A DNA stretch of 64,000 bases from Octopus vulgaris (taxonomy: Eukaryota). The stretch spans positions 21,080,001 to 21,144,000 of the forward strand of contig OX597824.1 in the NCBI GenBank assembly GCA_951406725.2, in the 5' to 3' direction. Positions 1 through 13,382 of the stretch are shown piece after piece. The notes under the pieces were generated by a model, which was not told where the DNA came from, made no database searches, and saw only the letters and a program-made list of their open reading frames with translations. Position numbers and translations under genes: made by a program. Numbering within the stretch: position 1 is the stretch's first letter; the number at the start of each line of letters is the position of its first letter.

Positions 1-190
1 GCCACGCCCAAATGGTGCATTTTATGTGCCACCTGCTAGTAAGGTGACACAGTAACGATCACACTCGAATGGTGTGTTTACGTGCCATCGGCACGAAGGC
101 CAGCTTGTTGCTCTGGCAACGATCTCACTCGTATGGTACTCTTAGCGCTCCACTAGCGACGGATGCCAGTCACCGAGTTTGATTTCGACT
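1..190 (-). mobile_element. Fragment of RTE 3'-UTR repeat array (cut by window edge)
   Basis: Same ggtgc..tttatgtgccacc units as the arrays at 15950-16350 and 18830-19385. Confidence 0.65.
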
Positions 191-626
191 TCCACAGATT
201 ATATTACCATTTAATACTTATTTGGTCAACAGCAGTGGACTTGTGTATGTGTCCGTATGCTATACTCACTGCTTAATTGCCATTGGCTCAACTTCAATGG
301 CAACCTGCTGGGGTCTGCTTTTGACCAAATAAAACTTGCATGGCAGACACTGGTATGTGTTTCATTTCAGTGAATTCCGCATGGTACAAATGGCTCTTTG
401 CCACAAAAGGATCTTGACTTGTACAAGGTTCAGAGATAGCCATTATGCATCACTCTTTTGGCTTATTCATTATGCTTATTATGATTGTCACCACTCCACC
501 TCTACTGTGTGCAAGCTACATCAGCCTCTGTGGAAACTGAGCTCCAAGAATAAAGAGATGTTATTAAGTAACACAAGGCATTTAGTTCACCTGCTGCTCA
601 ATCAATTCTACCAATCTACCACTTGT

Positions 627-933
627 GGTGGAGGTACATGGCCTAGTGGTTAGAGCAGCAGACTCGCGGTCGAGGGATCGCCGGTTCGAATCTCAGACCA
701 GGTGATGTGTGTGTTTATCAGCAAAACACCTATACTCCACGCGGCTCCGGCAGAAGGTAATGGCAATCTTCTGCTGACTCTTTCGCCACAACTTTCTCTC
801 ACTCTTTCCTCCTGCATCTTGCAGCTCACCTGCGACGGACCGGCATCCCGTCCAGGTGGGGAACCTATATGCCAAGGAAATCGGGAAACCGGCCCTTATG
901 AGCCAGGCATGGCTCGAGAAGGAACAAACAACA
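627..933 (+). mobile_element. tRNA-derived SINE, family C
   Basis: A-box (tggcctagtggttaga) and B-box (ggttcgaatc) head, (aac)n tail, 9-bp TSD accacttgt at 618-626 and 934-942; second copy at 52005-52311. Confidence 0.85.
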
Positions 934-1095
934 ACCACTTGTACTCCACCAACATACTAAGCAATCAGAAAGTGCAACTGACTACAAGTAAAAATGAAAG
1001 AGAAAGAAAATAAATGATTTTAGACTAGAAATGAAACTGAACTGGAATTCTTGAAAAGTGATAATTATCTTCAGAATATATTTTGCATTATTTAA

Positions 1096-1304
1096 CCCTT
1101 CAGCTTTCAGACCCCTCTGTCAAATGTAATGCTTATTTATTCACACTGTTTTGAATTTGTCATACATTATCTCATGTCTTTGAGATGCAATTGTTTTTAG
1201 AATGACATAGTAAGGGTTGGTGAGAAGCCTGATCTGTGCAGTTTGAACAGAGAACAGGAAGAATATTTGGACCTGATATGGCTGGTTTGAATACGAATAA
1301 AGGG
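1096..1304 (+). mobile_element. piggyBac-like MITE, family P2
   Basis: ttaa|ccctt...aaaggg|ttat ends; related copies at ~34735-34940, ~46724-46940 and ~46945-47112. Confidence 0.65.
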
Positions 1305-1334
1305 TTATATAGCAATTTAACAAGAAATAAATCT

Positions 1335-1761
1335 GGATCTTTTCGGTTTGAACGGCAGTTTTTAACATAATTTCTGGGTAACTAAAAAATTTTAAACTTC
1401 GTATACTGGTAGAATGTGTTTATAAAACATCTTTTTCTCTTGGCTTTATTGAGAAAATTCTATAGTTTGTAAGATATTTGTTGTTTTTTTTCTTCAATTT
1501 CTGCAATTTCAACCAATCACTGATGTCTATTGAGGTAAAAAACATTCTGTGCCATATGAATATGTCCCTCGTTTAAGAAACAGATTGGGTTTATTGACAT
1601 TTGTGAAGAAAAAAAGATACCCTTCTCCCCACCCCTAACCCTAACTAAACCTATCCCTAAAACAGATTGAAATGCAATAGATCGATATTAGGGTCATAAT
1701 TATGGGTGACAATTTTATATGACACCGCTAGAAAAAACTGCCGTTCAAACCGAAAAGATCC
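1335..1761. mobile_element. MITE with 29-bp terminal inverted repeats, superfamily unassigned
   Basis: ggatcttttcggtttgaacggcagttttt ... aaaaactgccgttcaaaccgaaaagatcc; internal degenerate (ccctaa)n at ~1633-1660. Confidence 0.85.
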
Positions 1762-3397
1762 TGACACAGTAAGGGTTAGTGAGAAGCCTGATCTGTGCAG
1801 TTTGAACACAGAACAGGAAGAATATTTGGACCTGATATGGCTGGTTTGAATACGAAAAAAGGGTTATATAGCAATTTAACAAGGAATAAATCCCTTTTAA
1901 TACTTTTAACTGAAATAGTGCAAAGATTCCAAAACCAGATTAAAACCTTCCCCTCTCCATTAGAAAGGATAACTTTTACAATCAACAATACCATTTTTTT
2001 TTTTTTTTCATTTTCCTTATAGCTTTAAAACATAATTGCAAGACCAAACATTGCCTTTACAATGATTAAATCCTTTAGAAATCTTTGTTTCTCACAAGAT
2101 TATTATTATATGGTCATGTCAATGAATTAGTTACAAAATCATACAACGAAAGAAAATAATTTATAGTAATGACATACTTTTTTGTTTTTATTCTTTTTTT
2201 CCTTTTTTATATCGAGAGAAGAAAGGTCATTGTGGTTGACCTCAGAAAGAATGTGACATTGGAAGAGATAATAAATGCTAGCTTATTTGTTATCTTGAAA
2301 GTTTTTCAATGCTAGTAAATTATGTTTTAAGGGGAGAAATATTGTGCCAGGTGATCAATACAGAAACAAGAAAGAGAGGACATAGCAACAGAGGAGGAGA
2401 CCAAAGGAGCTTTGAATGGATATTGTCTTGAGATCAATAGATTTTTCTAGAAGCAGAAAAAACATTACTGTTTACAGTAGTAGGAGTAGTAGTAGTAAAA
2501 ATTTATGCACAAAGCAACTGCAAATTTAGAGGGAAGCATCATCATCAATTAAATCAAACGCAGAGTTTGAATGATACCTGTTTTATTAATCTCAGAAGGT
2601 TGAAAGGTAAATTGACTTTAATGGAATTCAATACATAGAATGTACAGGTATGTAGTGGAATACCACATGTCACTTTGACCAACATCTACCAATGAAATGA
2701 TGCACAATACTAAAGACTGGTGGAGAAGCTTTAACTTAACTAACTTCGGCCCTTGATTCATATTTTATTGATCTTCATCCCAAATTAAATGCGAAACTGA
2801 CTTTGGCTGGATTTGAACACTATGCAGTACTACTGATTCTATCATTTACTACCATAATAACAAAAACACAGACTACTTTATACATGCATTGCTCCAAATT
2901 GCTGACCTGTAATTAGCTCGTTGGAATGGAACTAAACTATGGGATGAAACACAAAATAGTAAACTGAAATGATTACACAAACACACACACACAAAAGATG
3001 TTAGTCTTATAATGTTGTAAGTTATTCAAATGCTCTGGCTGTGAATTTGAAATGATCCAGCTAAACCATTGGTGCAAGTCAAGGTATGATGTTGAGATGC
3101 CTCTGCCACTATGTAGGAATCCTACTATGAAATAGCAGCTGGAAACCAATATCATCTGCACCTCAAAAAATTAGGAGTTTTGTATGTAGCTAAAACTAAA
3201 ATATTAGCTACTATAAGACATCTTCACAAAATAGAACACCATGGAAACGGTTACCCTATATTCAAATGTACATAACACCGGAAGAAAATCGGAGGAAAAT
3301 TATGCTTAATACCTGACTGAAATTTGGATTTACATAGAGTTCTAAACATTAGTAAACCAATACACACAGACACAAAATAACTTCTAATTGGTCACTT

Positions 3398-3560
3398 TAC
3401 TACACTCTCGGAGTAGTTGGCGTTAGGAAGGGCATCCAGCTGTAGAAACTGCCAGATCAAGACTGGAGCCTGGTGCAGCCATCTGGTTCGCCAGCCCACA
3501 GTCAAGCCGTCCAACCCATGCTAACATGGAAAACGGACGTTAAACGATGATGATGATGAT
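3398..3560 (+). mobile_element. RTE LINE 3' tail (heavily 5'-truncated)
   Basis: ctacactctcggag..aggaagggcatccagctgtagaaac..ggacgttaaac(gat)n, same as the end of the RTE at 14994-16494. Confidence 0.8.
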
Positions 3561-4299
3561 GATATGCCTGAAATAATAGCCATATCTCACTGAAATCACA
3601 TCCCATCTTAAGAAGAAAAAAAAGAAGACACATTGTAATATAGCCTGAGGTATACTATACCTAAAACAGATCATGTATCAAGGACTATAAAGCTTACAAC
3701 CCTTAAAGACCAATATTTTTAAGGATCATTTCCAGTTGTTTATTTGTTAGGGCATTTATCGCAGGTTAAGATTTGTTTAATTCTCATGATTATTTTTGCA
3801 GGTCATTTATGAATAAAAAGTAAATAGATTCTTCAGATGAAAAATATTATCTTTACTGGCATCATGTTACCACTGTTAAAGTATATATACTCACTAAGAA
3901 GATACCAAAGTTGTTAGGTTATACCTAGAGAATTCAATATGTCCATAGAGAAATGATAGTTGCATATTAGTTTTGTATTTTAAAATCTGAATTTGTCTTC
4001 AGTTTATCTTCAAAATCCAGAATGTCAGCTATGTTTTCAATAATGATAAGCACATCATTCATATGCCCGAGGCAAAGAATGGGCCTATGTGTAGTGTAAC
4101 CCCAGCTTATTATGTAAACAAATTGGAGATGAACGAAAGTGAGCCTCAATTTCTTTACCTTTCTTCCTCTCCCTCCCTGGCTGGGTAACCACGTACCTCC
4201 TTTGCAGTAAGACATCTGTTTCTGCCTCTCTGTCACACTCTAACCTTTCATCATCTGGCACAAGATCACCTCCTCCAATGTCTCCTCCCCTCTCAAAGA

Positions 4300-4618
4300 T
4301 TCCTTGTCGAACAAACCGACCCCAGGTCTTATTCTTTGTAAGCCTAGTACTTACTCTATCAATCTCTTTTGCCAAACTGCAAAGTTATGGGGATGTAAAC
4401 ACATCACCATCGGTTGTCAAGTGATGGTGGGGGGGGGGGTCAAACACAGACACACACACACAAACAGGTTTCTTTCAGTTTCCATCTACCAAATCCACTT
4501 ATCCACTTACAAGGCTTTGGTTGGCTCGAGGTTATAGTAGAAGGCGCTATGCAGTGAGACTGAACCCGGAACCATGTGGTTTGGGAAGCAAGCTTCTTAC
4601 CACACAGCCACTCCTGTG
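4300..4618 (-). mobile_element. tRNA-derived SINE family A (partial)
   Basis: Matches full copies such as 21452-21865. Confidence 0.75.
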
Positions 4619-5387
4619 CATGTATTTATTTCTATATAATAACAAGCTATCATTTGACTTACACTATTCCCCACCTCCATTATAAATAACAATAAAATAA
4701 GTAAAAAGAAAATAGTAAAAACTGAATAATTAAAATATAATCTTGTTTTAGAGGTTGTCATTCTGAGTAAGTTTACTAATGCAATTAATGAATTAAATCT
4801 TAATTAATGAAAAACTAACAATTATAAACTTTAAAAAAAAATGTAGATTTATAGTAGGAAATATTGAAAGCTCTATCTTCTACTCCGACAATAAGCAATC
4901 AGCTAAGATTTAAAATCTATAGAGCTATTTGGAAAATTTTAAACACCTGATCTTAATATGTAAGTCATACACTTTGATGTGACTCAAATCTTAGATTAGT
5001 CAAGAAGACACTACCATTCACTAAAAATTCTAAATTAATTACTGTATTTTTCGGCTTTCAAGTCAAATTTTTCAGACCTAAATTTACAGCCAAAAAAGGT
5101 AGGTTGACTTATACACCAAAATATCTTTGGAGGACCAAAAGGTCCATGTGAATTGCAGCAGTATTTGGGAAGAGTGTGACTGTTTGAATGTGTTATACTA
5201 CATTTTAACACTGTACTCTACAATGACTTGGATGCCATCAAAAAATGGTATTATAAGCAATAATTTCCAAAACAGATAAAACTGAAGATGATCAGAAATA
5301 AACCCTCGTGATGATTACAGTTTTATTTTAATGGTAACCCAATGCCAGCCCCCTTGACTTCAGCCCCCTATCACCAGAAGTATTATA

Positions 5388-5620
5388 TATTTCTTTATTG
5401 CCCACAAGGGGCTAAACATAGAGGGGACAAACAAGGACAGACAAAGTGATTAAGTCGATTACATCGACCCCAGTGCGAAACTGGTACTTTATTTATCGAC
5501 CCCCAAAGGATGAAAGGCAAGGTCGACCTCGGCGGAATTTGAACTCGGAACGTAACGACAGACGAAATACCGCTAAGCATTTCGCCCAGCGTGCTAACGT
5601 GTCTGCCAGCTCGCCAACCT
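5388..5620 (-). mobile_element. SINE family B monomer
   Basis: Conserved gagttcaaattccgccgaggtcgac..gcctttcatcctt..gtcgataaa..gtaccag core and gccccttgtggg..aaagaaata tail. Confidence 0.85.
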
Positions 5621-5905
5621 ATTCTAACAACAATGAAGCCTCTTCACTCAGCTGGGTAGCTACTCCTTCACCACTACCTACATATGGTGAAATGCTGTGG
5701 TAGGGAAGACCCAACAAGCCAATGCAAACATAGTAAGATGTGTGTATGATGATGATGATGATGGAGAATCAAAGTATTAAATTTATAAATTGCAAAGACT
5801 TGAATGAACAGAATGTAGAAGAGATGATCCTGGTATTAAAAAAAAAAGAAAAAAAAAGAGGACTTCAAGAAGCATATGGAGAAGTTCTAAAGTGATAAAA
5901 CTTTC

Positions 5906-6110
5906 CATCATCATCATTTAACATCCGCTTTCCATGCTAGCATGGATTGGACGGTTAGACTGGTCTGGCATGCTGGAAGGCTGCACTACACTCCAGTCTG
6001 ATTTGGCATGGTTTTCTACGGCTGGATGCTCTTCCTAATGCCAACCACTCTGAGAGTGTAATGGGTGCTTTTATGTGCCACCAGCACAGGTGCCATTTGC
6101 ATGACACTGG
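5906..6110 (-). mobile_element. RTE LINE 3' tail
   Basis: (cat)n plus reverse complement of the RTE terminal sequence. Confidence 0.8.
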
Positions 6111-7390
6111 GGTGTGGTTTTTCTTTTTGGGGGACAGAAGCATTGTGCATGTTATCTTGTTTTAGTGAAAGTATCAAAATAACAAGAGGTGGGAGGGATG
6201 AATAAGAAAATATATTTTTGAAGGAGCATGATACATTATGGAGCTAAAGCTTAAAATCAGAGAAACTTTATTAATCACTTTCGAAATTTTCTTCAGGTGA
6301 TGATTTGCGGACATTCAAAAGGTCACTCACCCCTTAATGGTATGAATTAAATTTACCAAGAACAAATGAAATACCAACCCTAATCAGCTAAACAAAAACA
6401 AATATTATAATCTATGAAACAGGCCATAGCAATATTGTTAAGCGCTGTTATTGAGTCATCGGCTATCATTAGGCAACAGTTTCTCAAACTGAGAAACCGT
6501 CGACTAATTTTAAAAGAATGACCAACAAAATTTTGAAGGAGTAATTTGCATACTTGGGAAGTAATGACTGGCTATTTTCAGACACTAACTTTTAATGTAG
6601 AAAGAATGTACTTAGTGATTGAAAAATAAAAAAATGCAGTATTATCTCATTTTAGAAAAAAAAATAGAAAAGAAAATCATATAGAGTATGGATTGTTGAA
6701 AGAGAAATTGTTAAATTCAGTCACTTTATAAAGACAGCAACTGTTTTTTGTAAGTCGCAAGCCTGTCTGGTAACAGACTATTCTTGTTATAAAATGTACA
6801 TACATGCGCGTACATGTACACACACACCTTGTGGTAACCATGTATCTCCCTTACAGCAAGACACCAGTTCCTGTTTATCATATATATGTGTATGTGTGTG
6901 TGTGTGTAATTATATATATATATATAATTACACACACACATCACTGAGTAATAGCTGTGAAAGAAACAAATTGGAAACTGTTGGTCTCAAACAGAAGGAA
7001 AAGACAAGTAAGGGGCGTTTTACTTCAATGAAATTTTCAATAAAAATCGCTGAATAGGATAGAAGAATTTTGGGATTGGCCCTCAGTGGTAATGCTAGCT
7101 GTGGGTAGGGGAACTGGGAAAGAGGGAAAGAAGGCCAAGGAGAGTAAATAGAAAGAAAAAAAAGGAAATTGGGGGAGAGGGACAGGGAAATAGTTCTTCA
7201 ATCCTATCCAGCCTTTGCTATTAAAAATTTCTTTGAAGTCAGACAACCTTTACTTGTCTTTTCTTTCAGTTTGTGACAGTTTCTTTCTCTTTCATGCCAT
7301 TACTCAGTGTTGTGTTTTCCTTGCCCTGTTCAAAGGACCACCACTGCTCTGTGTGTGTGTGTTTTACACCCACATGTACAAATGTATATA

Positions 7391-7624
7391 TATTTCTTTA
7401 CTACCCACAAGGGGCTAAACACAGAGGGGACAAACAAGGACAGACAAACGTATTAAGTCGATTACATCGACACAAGTGCAAAACTAGTACTTTATTTATC
7501 GACCCCGAAAAGGATGAAAGGCAAAGTCGACCTCGGTGGAATTTGAACTCAGAACGTAACGGCAGACGAAATACCGCTTAGCATTTCGCCCGGCGTGCTA
7601 ACGTTTCTGCCAGCTTGCCACCTT
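7391..7624 (-). mobile_element. SINE family B monomer with TSD
   Basis: Family B sequence; ~20-bp TSD acatgtacaaatgtatatat starting at 7372 and 7627. Confidence 0.9.
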
Positions 7625-7886
7625 ATACATGTACAAATGTATATATATCTTACATTACTATATTGTGTCTGTCTGTCTGTCATTTCAGTTGCATGCTGGT
7701 GTCCCTCATATTTCATCATTGTATGCTCACCATTTCAGTGATATTCAGTATCATTGGCACAACCGAGGGAGTTATACCATGGAATTAATGTAAAGATCTT
7801 TGACTTTAAACACACCAAAACTATGTTGATTCTGGTCTCCATGGCTAATAAGAGGATTTCCATCTTTATGTGTCCACTTCCATTAA

Positions 7887-8108
7887 CCCTTTCGTTACTG
7901 TATTTATTTTGAGATGCTCTGTGTTTCTTTCAATTAATTTTAAACCTAACAAAGGATTTAGTAAACTAACTTAGTTATCATTAAGCTGGTGTTAGGAACA
8001 TGAATTGTGACAAAGGTTTGGTGGAAGATTTTAATTCAAAATTTATGAAAACTAGACATTTGTACTACAGAGCCAGAACCGGTTTCAGCCGGGTTGGTAA
8101 TGAAAGGG
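7887..8108. mobile_element. piggyBac-like MITE, family P1
   Basis: TTAA|ccctttcgttac ... gtaatgaaaggg|TTAA; TTAA target and CCC/GGG termini are piggyBac hallmarks. Confidence 0.85.
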
Positions 8109-8247
8109 TTAATCATTTCCATGTTCCATTCTGACTTTCACCACTATATTAACTATAAGTGTGTTATGGTAGAAGTGACTCTGGAATTGAAAGGGAGTAG
8201 CGTAGTTGATTACATTTATCTTGGTATCAATAAACACTGCTTAAATG

Positions 8248-8470
8248 TATTTCTTTACTGCCCACAAAGAGCTAAACATAGAGGGGACAAACAAGGACAG
8301 ACAAAGGGATTAAGTCGATTACATCGACCCCAGTTGGAAACTGGTACTTAATTTATCGACCCCGTAAAGATGAAAGGTAAAGTCGACCTCGGCGGAATTT
8401 GAACTCGGAACGTAACGACAGACGAAATACGGCTACGCATTTCACCCGGCGTGCTAACGGTTCTGCCAGT
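8248..8470 (-). mobile_element. SINE family B monomer
   Basis: Family B core and tail. Confidence 0.85.
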
Positions 8471-9276
8471 GTTTGTTTTATTGGTCATTGTAAGATAAAA
8501 AGGAGAACTAACCTGGGTGGGATTTCGGCACTTGATGCAAAGAGCTAAAACAAAAGCCGTGACGTTTTGTAAAGTTTGTCAGTCCCAGGTAAGAACAATC
8601 AATGTGATGTTTAGATTAAATAAAATAGAATATATTCTTTTATTCTTTTGTTTCGGTCATTTGACTGTAGCCATGCTGGAGCACTGAGCAAATCGACTCC
8701 AGGACTTATTCCTTTTATGCCTAGTACTTATTCTATTGGTCTCTTTTGCTGAACTGCTAAGTTACAGGGACATAAACACACCAGTATTGGTTGTCAACCG
8801 ATGTTGGGGGGGGGACATACACACACACATATACTCACACAGAGTTGAAATGCTCCCACTACCAGTTTGACATCACCCCTTCCTTCCTTATTCATCTGCC
8901 ACCCCTTCCTTTCTCATTCATATGTTGTCGGAGAAAAACACAAGAGTATTATTATGGTAGAAGATAATCTTTCTTGTATCTCCTTCACCTCCTTGTGCAC
9001 ATGCACAGCATCTTGGTTACTATGGAAAAACAGCTTTGTGTCACAGTGATGTGTAAAGTACTTGCTTCTGATTGGCTAAAATACCCAAATTTTGCAAATT
9101 TTAAAATCTAATAATTTTTTAATTATGGATTTATAGGAAAAATTATTTCATTTTCATAATTAGTATACAAAACTTAATCCATATATCAAATTTGAAACCA
9201 ACTGAAACAAAATTGTAAACATCGACGAAACCCACAAAGATCCCACAGTGGACACGGACACACACACACATACATA

Positions 9277-9506
9277 TATTACACAAAAAGAGATAAAGCC
9301 AAGGCTGTGAGGAGTTTTCAGGACATTTATAAGGAAAGAGATATAGATGTAGTCTTACAGCTGTTTCTGGGATAATATGGATATCCCTTCATCAGAGACG
9401 GTGTGAGATGGTTAAATAGAAGTAAATGTTTGGGTTCGAAATAAGGAATCATTATGGAAAAGGAGGAGATAGGGAATATAGAGGGAAATAAGAGAATGAA
9501 AGTAGA
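9277..9506 (-). mobile_element. Penelope-like element fragment (pLTR)
   Basis: Contains a minimal hammerhead motif; abuts a CA/TA microsatellite; lies between the separated halves of a family A SINE (~8636-8840 and ~9507-9640). Confidence 0.6.
9352..9399 (-). ncRNA. Minimal type I hammerhead ribozyme motif
   Basis: Minus strand: GUCU CUGAUGA A GGGAUA uccauau UAUCCC A GAAAC AGCU GUA AGAC; stems I and II pair; stem III is the palindrome ACAGCUGU. Confidence 0.8.
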
Positions 9507-9639
9507 ATGGGCTTCTTTCAGTTTCTGTCTACCACCAAATCCAGTCGCAAGGCTTTGGTTGGCCTGAGAGAATACACTTACCCAAGATGCCACACAGTGA
9601 AACTGAACCCCAAACTTCTTACTACACTATCACACCTGT

Positions 9640-10078
9640 GCTTAGCGGCTAACCGGCTTCTGTGCCAGTGGCACTTAAAAGGCACCATTCGAGCATGATC
9701 GTTACCAGCGTCGCCTTAAAGAGCACCATCCGAGCGTGATCGTTGCCAGAGCGGCTATCTGGCCTCCGTGCAGGTGGCACGTAAAAGACACCATTCGAGC
9801 GTGATTGTTACCAGCATCGCCTTACTGGCACTTGTGCCGGTGGCATGTGTAAAAGATTTGAGCGAGGTCATTGCCAGTACCGCCTGACTGGCCCCGTGCC
9901 AGTGGCACGTAAAAGCACCCGCTACACTCTCGGAGTGGTTGGCATTAGGAAGGGGATCCAGCTGTAGAAACTCTGCCAAATCAAGATTGAAGCCTGGTGC
10001 AGCCATCTGGTTCGCCAGCCCTCAGTCATTCGTCCAACACATGCTAACATGGAAAGCGGATGTTAAACGATGATGATG
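9640..10078 (+). mobile_element. RTE 3' UTR with ~4 repeat units and tail
   Basis: gtggcac..aaaa..cacc units followed by the RTE terminal sequence and (gat)n. Confidence 0.8.
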
Positions 10079-10694
10079 TAGGTATTTCATGCATTAATGG
10101 AGGACTGCCATTTAACATGGAAGTCAAAAGCACAAAATAAGTTACTCACATTATGGAACTCCATCCATATCATAGCAAAATTTTCAGGAGCATAATAGTT
10201 CTGCAATGTGAAGGATGTCCATATGAAACAAATAAAAATGAAGGAGTGTTGTATTGCTGAAGACTATGCCTTTGGTTTTGCAATCAGAATGAAAGATATT
10301 CAGAGCTGGTTAAGTGTGAAGCAACAACAGTCAGCGATCAAAACTGCACTACAAATAGCATTTCCAGGAGCTTACTACAATAGTACAGATACTAGTTTAT
10401 TATAAGATATGTTACTTGTATGTTAATGATAAACAAAATACTGCATTGATATCCGATAACCACAAGATTAAATCAATGTTGTTACTGAAAACAATAATCT
10501 AGTTCAGTGATTAAAAGCCCTACCTCCTAAATAATATTCAGTTCATACTAATAACAAATTGATTTTCGTTAGCATACAAAGGAGGTTGTTGTACAAGGAG
10601 TGTACTGAAAGTTTTGTATTTCAAGGCAGCCATAGTAAATTTTTTACTAAAAACAAAGGATTTACAATGTCTTAAAGGGAAATTTTCTTTTAAA

Positions 10695-11084
10695 TCTCTC
10701 TATATATGAAGCTGAAGTTGTCTGTGTATGGCAGGTTTGGTAGCCTTCAACTAACACTATCTCCTGCGAGATCCTGCGACACAAGTTGACCAAAATTGAG
10801 AGTATGATAGAAGACTTGCTCTTACTTCCGTAAAAGAAAAAATTCAAATCGGACCATGTTAACACCAAACATTATTTACATCAAGAAGGTGCTTTATTTG
10901 TATGAAAAATCCCTATTTTTTACGATTTTTTGACTGCTGTGTCACCATTTTTCAGTGTATTTCAACCAGAAAAATGTTCATTTAAAGAGAATAACAAGCT
11001 ACATAATGCAAAATTTTTACTTTACAAAAATTCCAATTCTAAAGGGTCGAAACAAACCCGAGCAACACCGGGCAATACTGCAAG
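10695..11084 (+). mobile_element. Non-autonomous Helitron-like element, family H1
   Basis: 5' A|TC start; 3' hairpin cccg..cggg upstream of a degenerate CTAG; near-identical to 14091-14482 and 29092-29479. Confidence 0.8.
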
Positions 11085-11770
11085 TATACTTTAAATTTAC
11101 AAAAAAAAAAAAGGGAATTTTTTCAATGAAAATAATTTTCTTAGCCTTAAACAACTGAATAAATATAAGCTTAATTTTGGCTTCTTTACAAATAGGACAT
11201 ATTTCCTGAATAGTAAAATTCCATGAAGTTAGCCAAGCAAGCAAAGAGGAATGCAAGCATGTAAAGGATTCAATTACCGAATTAGTCAGGAAAACTACTA
11301 AGACTTGGTTAATGAAAAGCTTTTGATAAAATTATTAAAATAAATTAAAAAGAAAAGAAAGCAGACCTACAATGTTAAATTTATTCTAAAATATGAATTA
11401 ATCATAAGTTTTCTCACAAACTCAAGATGTATGAAGCACGTAAAGGCATTTCAGAGATAGGAAGTAATATAACACATAGTTTAATTGAATTTTTACCAGG
11501 TGATTCTGAATGCTTTGATATTTTAAACTATAGATTTCATTCTTTCATTATTTTCAGTTGTAAGACAACAACCATACTGTGACACAGCCTTCAAGTATAT
11601 TAGTTAATTAAAAATTGACCCCAGGAATTTGCTTAGGATATATTTTATCAAATTTTGTAAGGAGAAAACCAAAGTTAACCTGGGCAGGATTTGAACTCAG
11701 ATCATAAAGCCTTGTACGTCTTCTACTCAAACAATCCCTGATGCAGTAATCTCTTCTCTTACTTATTTCT

Positions 11771-12003
11771 TATTTTTTTACTGCCCACAAGGGACTACAC
11801 ACAGAGGGGACAAACAAGAACAGACAAACAGATTAAGTCGATTATATCGACCCCAGTGCGTAAATAATACTTATTTAATCGACCCCAAAAGGATGAAAGC
11901 AAAGTTGACCTTGGCAGAATTTGAACTCAGAACGTAGTGGCAGACGAAATACAGCGAAGCATTTCGCCCGGCGTGCTAACGATTCTGCCGGCTCGCCGCC
12001 TTT
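11771..12003 (-). mobile_element. SINE family B monomer
   Basis: Family B core and tail. Confidence 0.85.
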
Positions 12004-12004
12004 C

Positions 12005-12170
12005 TTCTCTTATTGTCACTGTCCAACCCCTAGGCCTTGCACAAATTACTATGCCCAATCCTTCCTCCCAAGAACATTATCCCTCTGGAATCACTTCCTT
12101 GCTCAAGTCTTTCCTGCAGGTGTTAGCTTGCAGCAGTTTCAACAGAACATCAACAGCATCAATCTTGGAG
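12005..12170 (+). pseudogene. C-terminal remnant of a CR1/Jockey-group LINE ORF2
   Basis: TNYYAQSFLPRTLSLWNHFLAQVFP..LQQFQQNIN resembles the SFFPRT..LWNxLP..VFP..FK terminal motif of these LINEs. Confidence 0.6.
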
Positions 12171-12959
12171 GGACCACAAAAGACATGGGCATTACCACTT
12201 CCTCCAGACACAACAAGCAAAAAGAAAATTATAATGAAAAGAAAACTCCAAAAAGCAACATATTTTGATAGCATCTGAAAAGGAATAAAGCCAGTATTTT
12301 TTAGGTGATGATGAAGCTAACTGAAATGAGTCCATTATATTCTTATGTATATTTGCTAGTCTTCTGAGAGAATGAAAAACAAAGTAAATTTTGGCAGGAT
12401 TTGAACCCAGTATAGAAAAAACAGAAAATACTAGCATTTCCTTGTTCAGCCAATGCAATTGCAAACAAAAATGAAAAAAACTTTTATTTAATAATTTCAA
12501 CCAAATGAAAATTGAAAAGTAAGTCTATGACACAGTTAAGATCAAATAAGGACTGACCGACCATGACGACCCACCTGACCCATGCCAGCATGGAAACTGG
12601 TTGTACACAGATGTTGATTACCAGAAATATTTAATGATATATTAAAAGTTGTAAGATAACACCTATGAGCATTTCAGACTTCAAATAAAATTAAAATTTC
12701 TTTTACTTATATTCCAGTTCTTACTAAAAAAAAAAAAAAAAAAATGCCATATTTAAAAAAGAGAGAAGAGAAAGAAAATGGAAACACTGCTAAGAGTTCA
12801 ATGACTGAAGATGCCATTACAGCCATAGCAACAATCTGAAGAAGACAAAATGTTGACAGGCAATCTCTGAATGGGAAAATCCAACAAAGCCTAAACCCAA
12901 TATCTATCTCAATGCCATTTAACACTTAAATCTGATAAATCTTTATGACATAACCGAAC

Positions 12960-13127
12960 GATACATACATACATACATAAATACATACATACATACACAC
13001 ACACATATATATATATATATGTATGTGTATATATATCATCATCATCGTAATATATATATATATATATGTATATGTATATATATGTATGTATGTATATATA
13101 TATATATATATATGTATGTATATATGT

Positions 13128-13201
<74 letters not shown>

Positions 13202-13269
13202 ATATATATATATATATGTATTATATATATATATATATGTATGTATATATATATATATATATATATATG

Positions 13270-13313
<44 letters not shown>

Positions 13314-13345
13314 ATATATATGTATATATATATGTGTATATGTAT

Positions 13346-13382
<37 letters not shown>

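Noticed and set aside
627-720. tRNA genes (also 42724-42800 and 56410-56486)
   Set aside because: A/B boxes are present but there is no complete cloverleaf; they continue into SINE bodies and tails
1633-1660. Interstitial telomere
   Set aside because: Only a few degenerate ccctaa units inside a MITE
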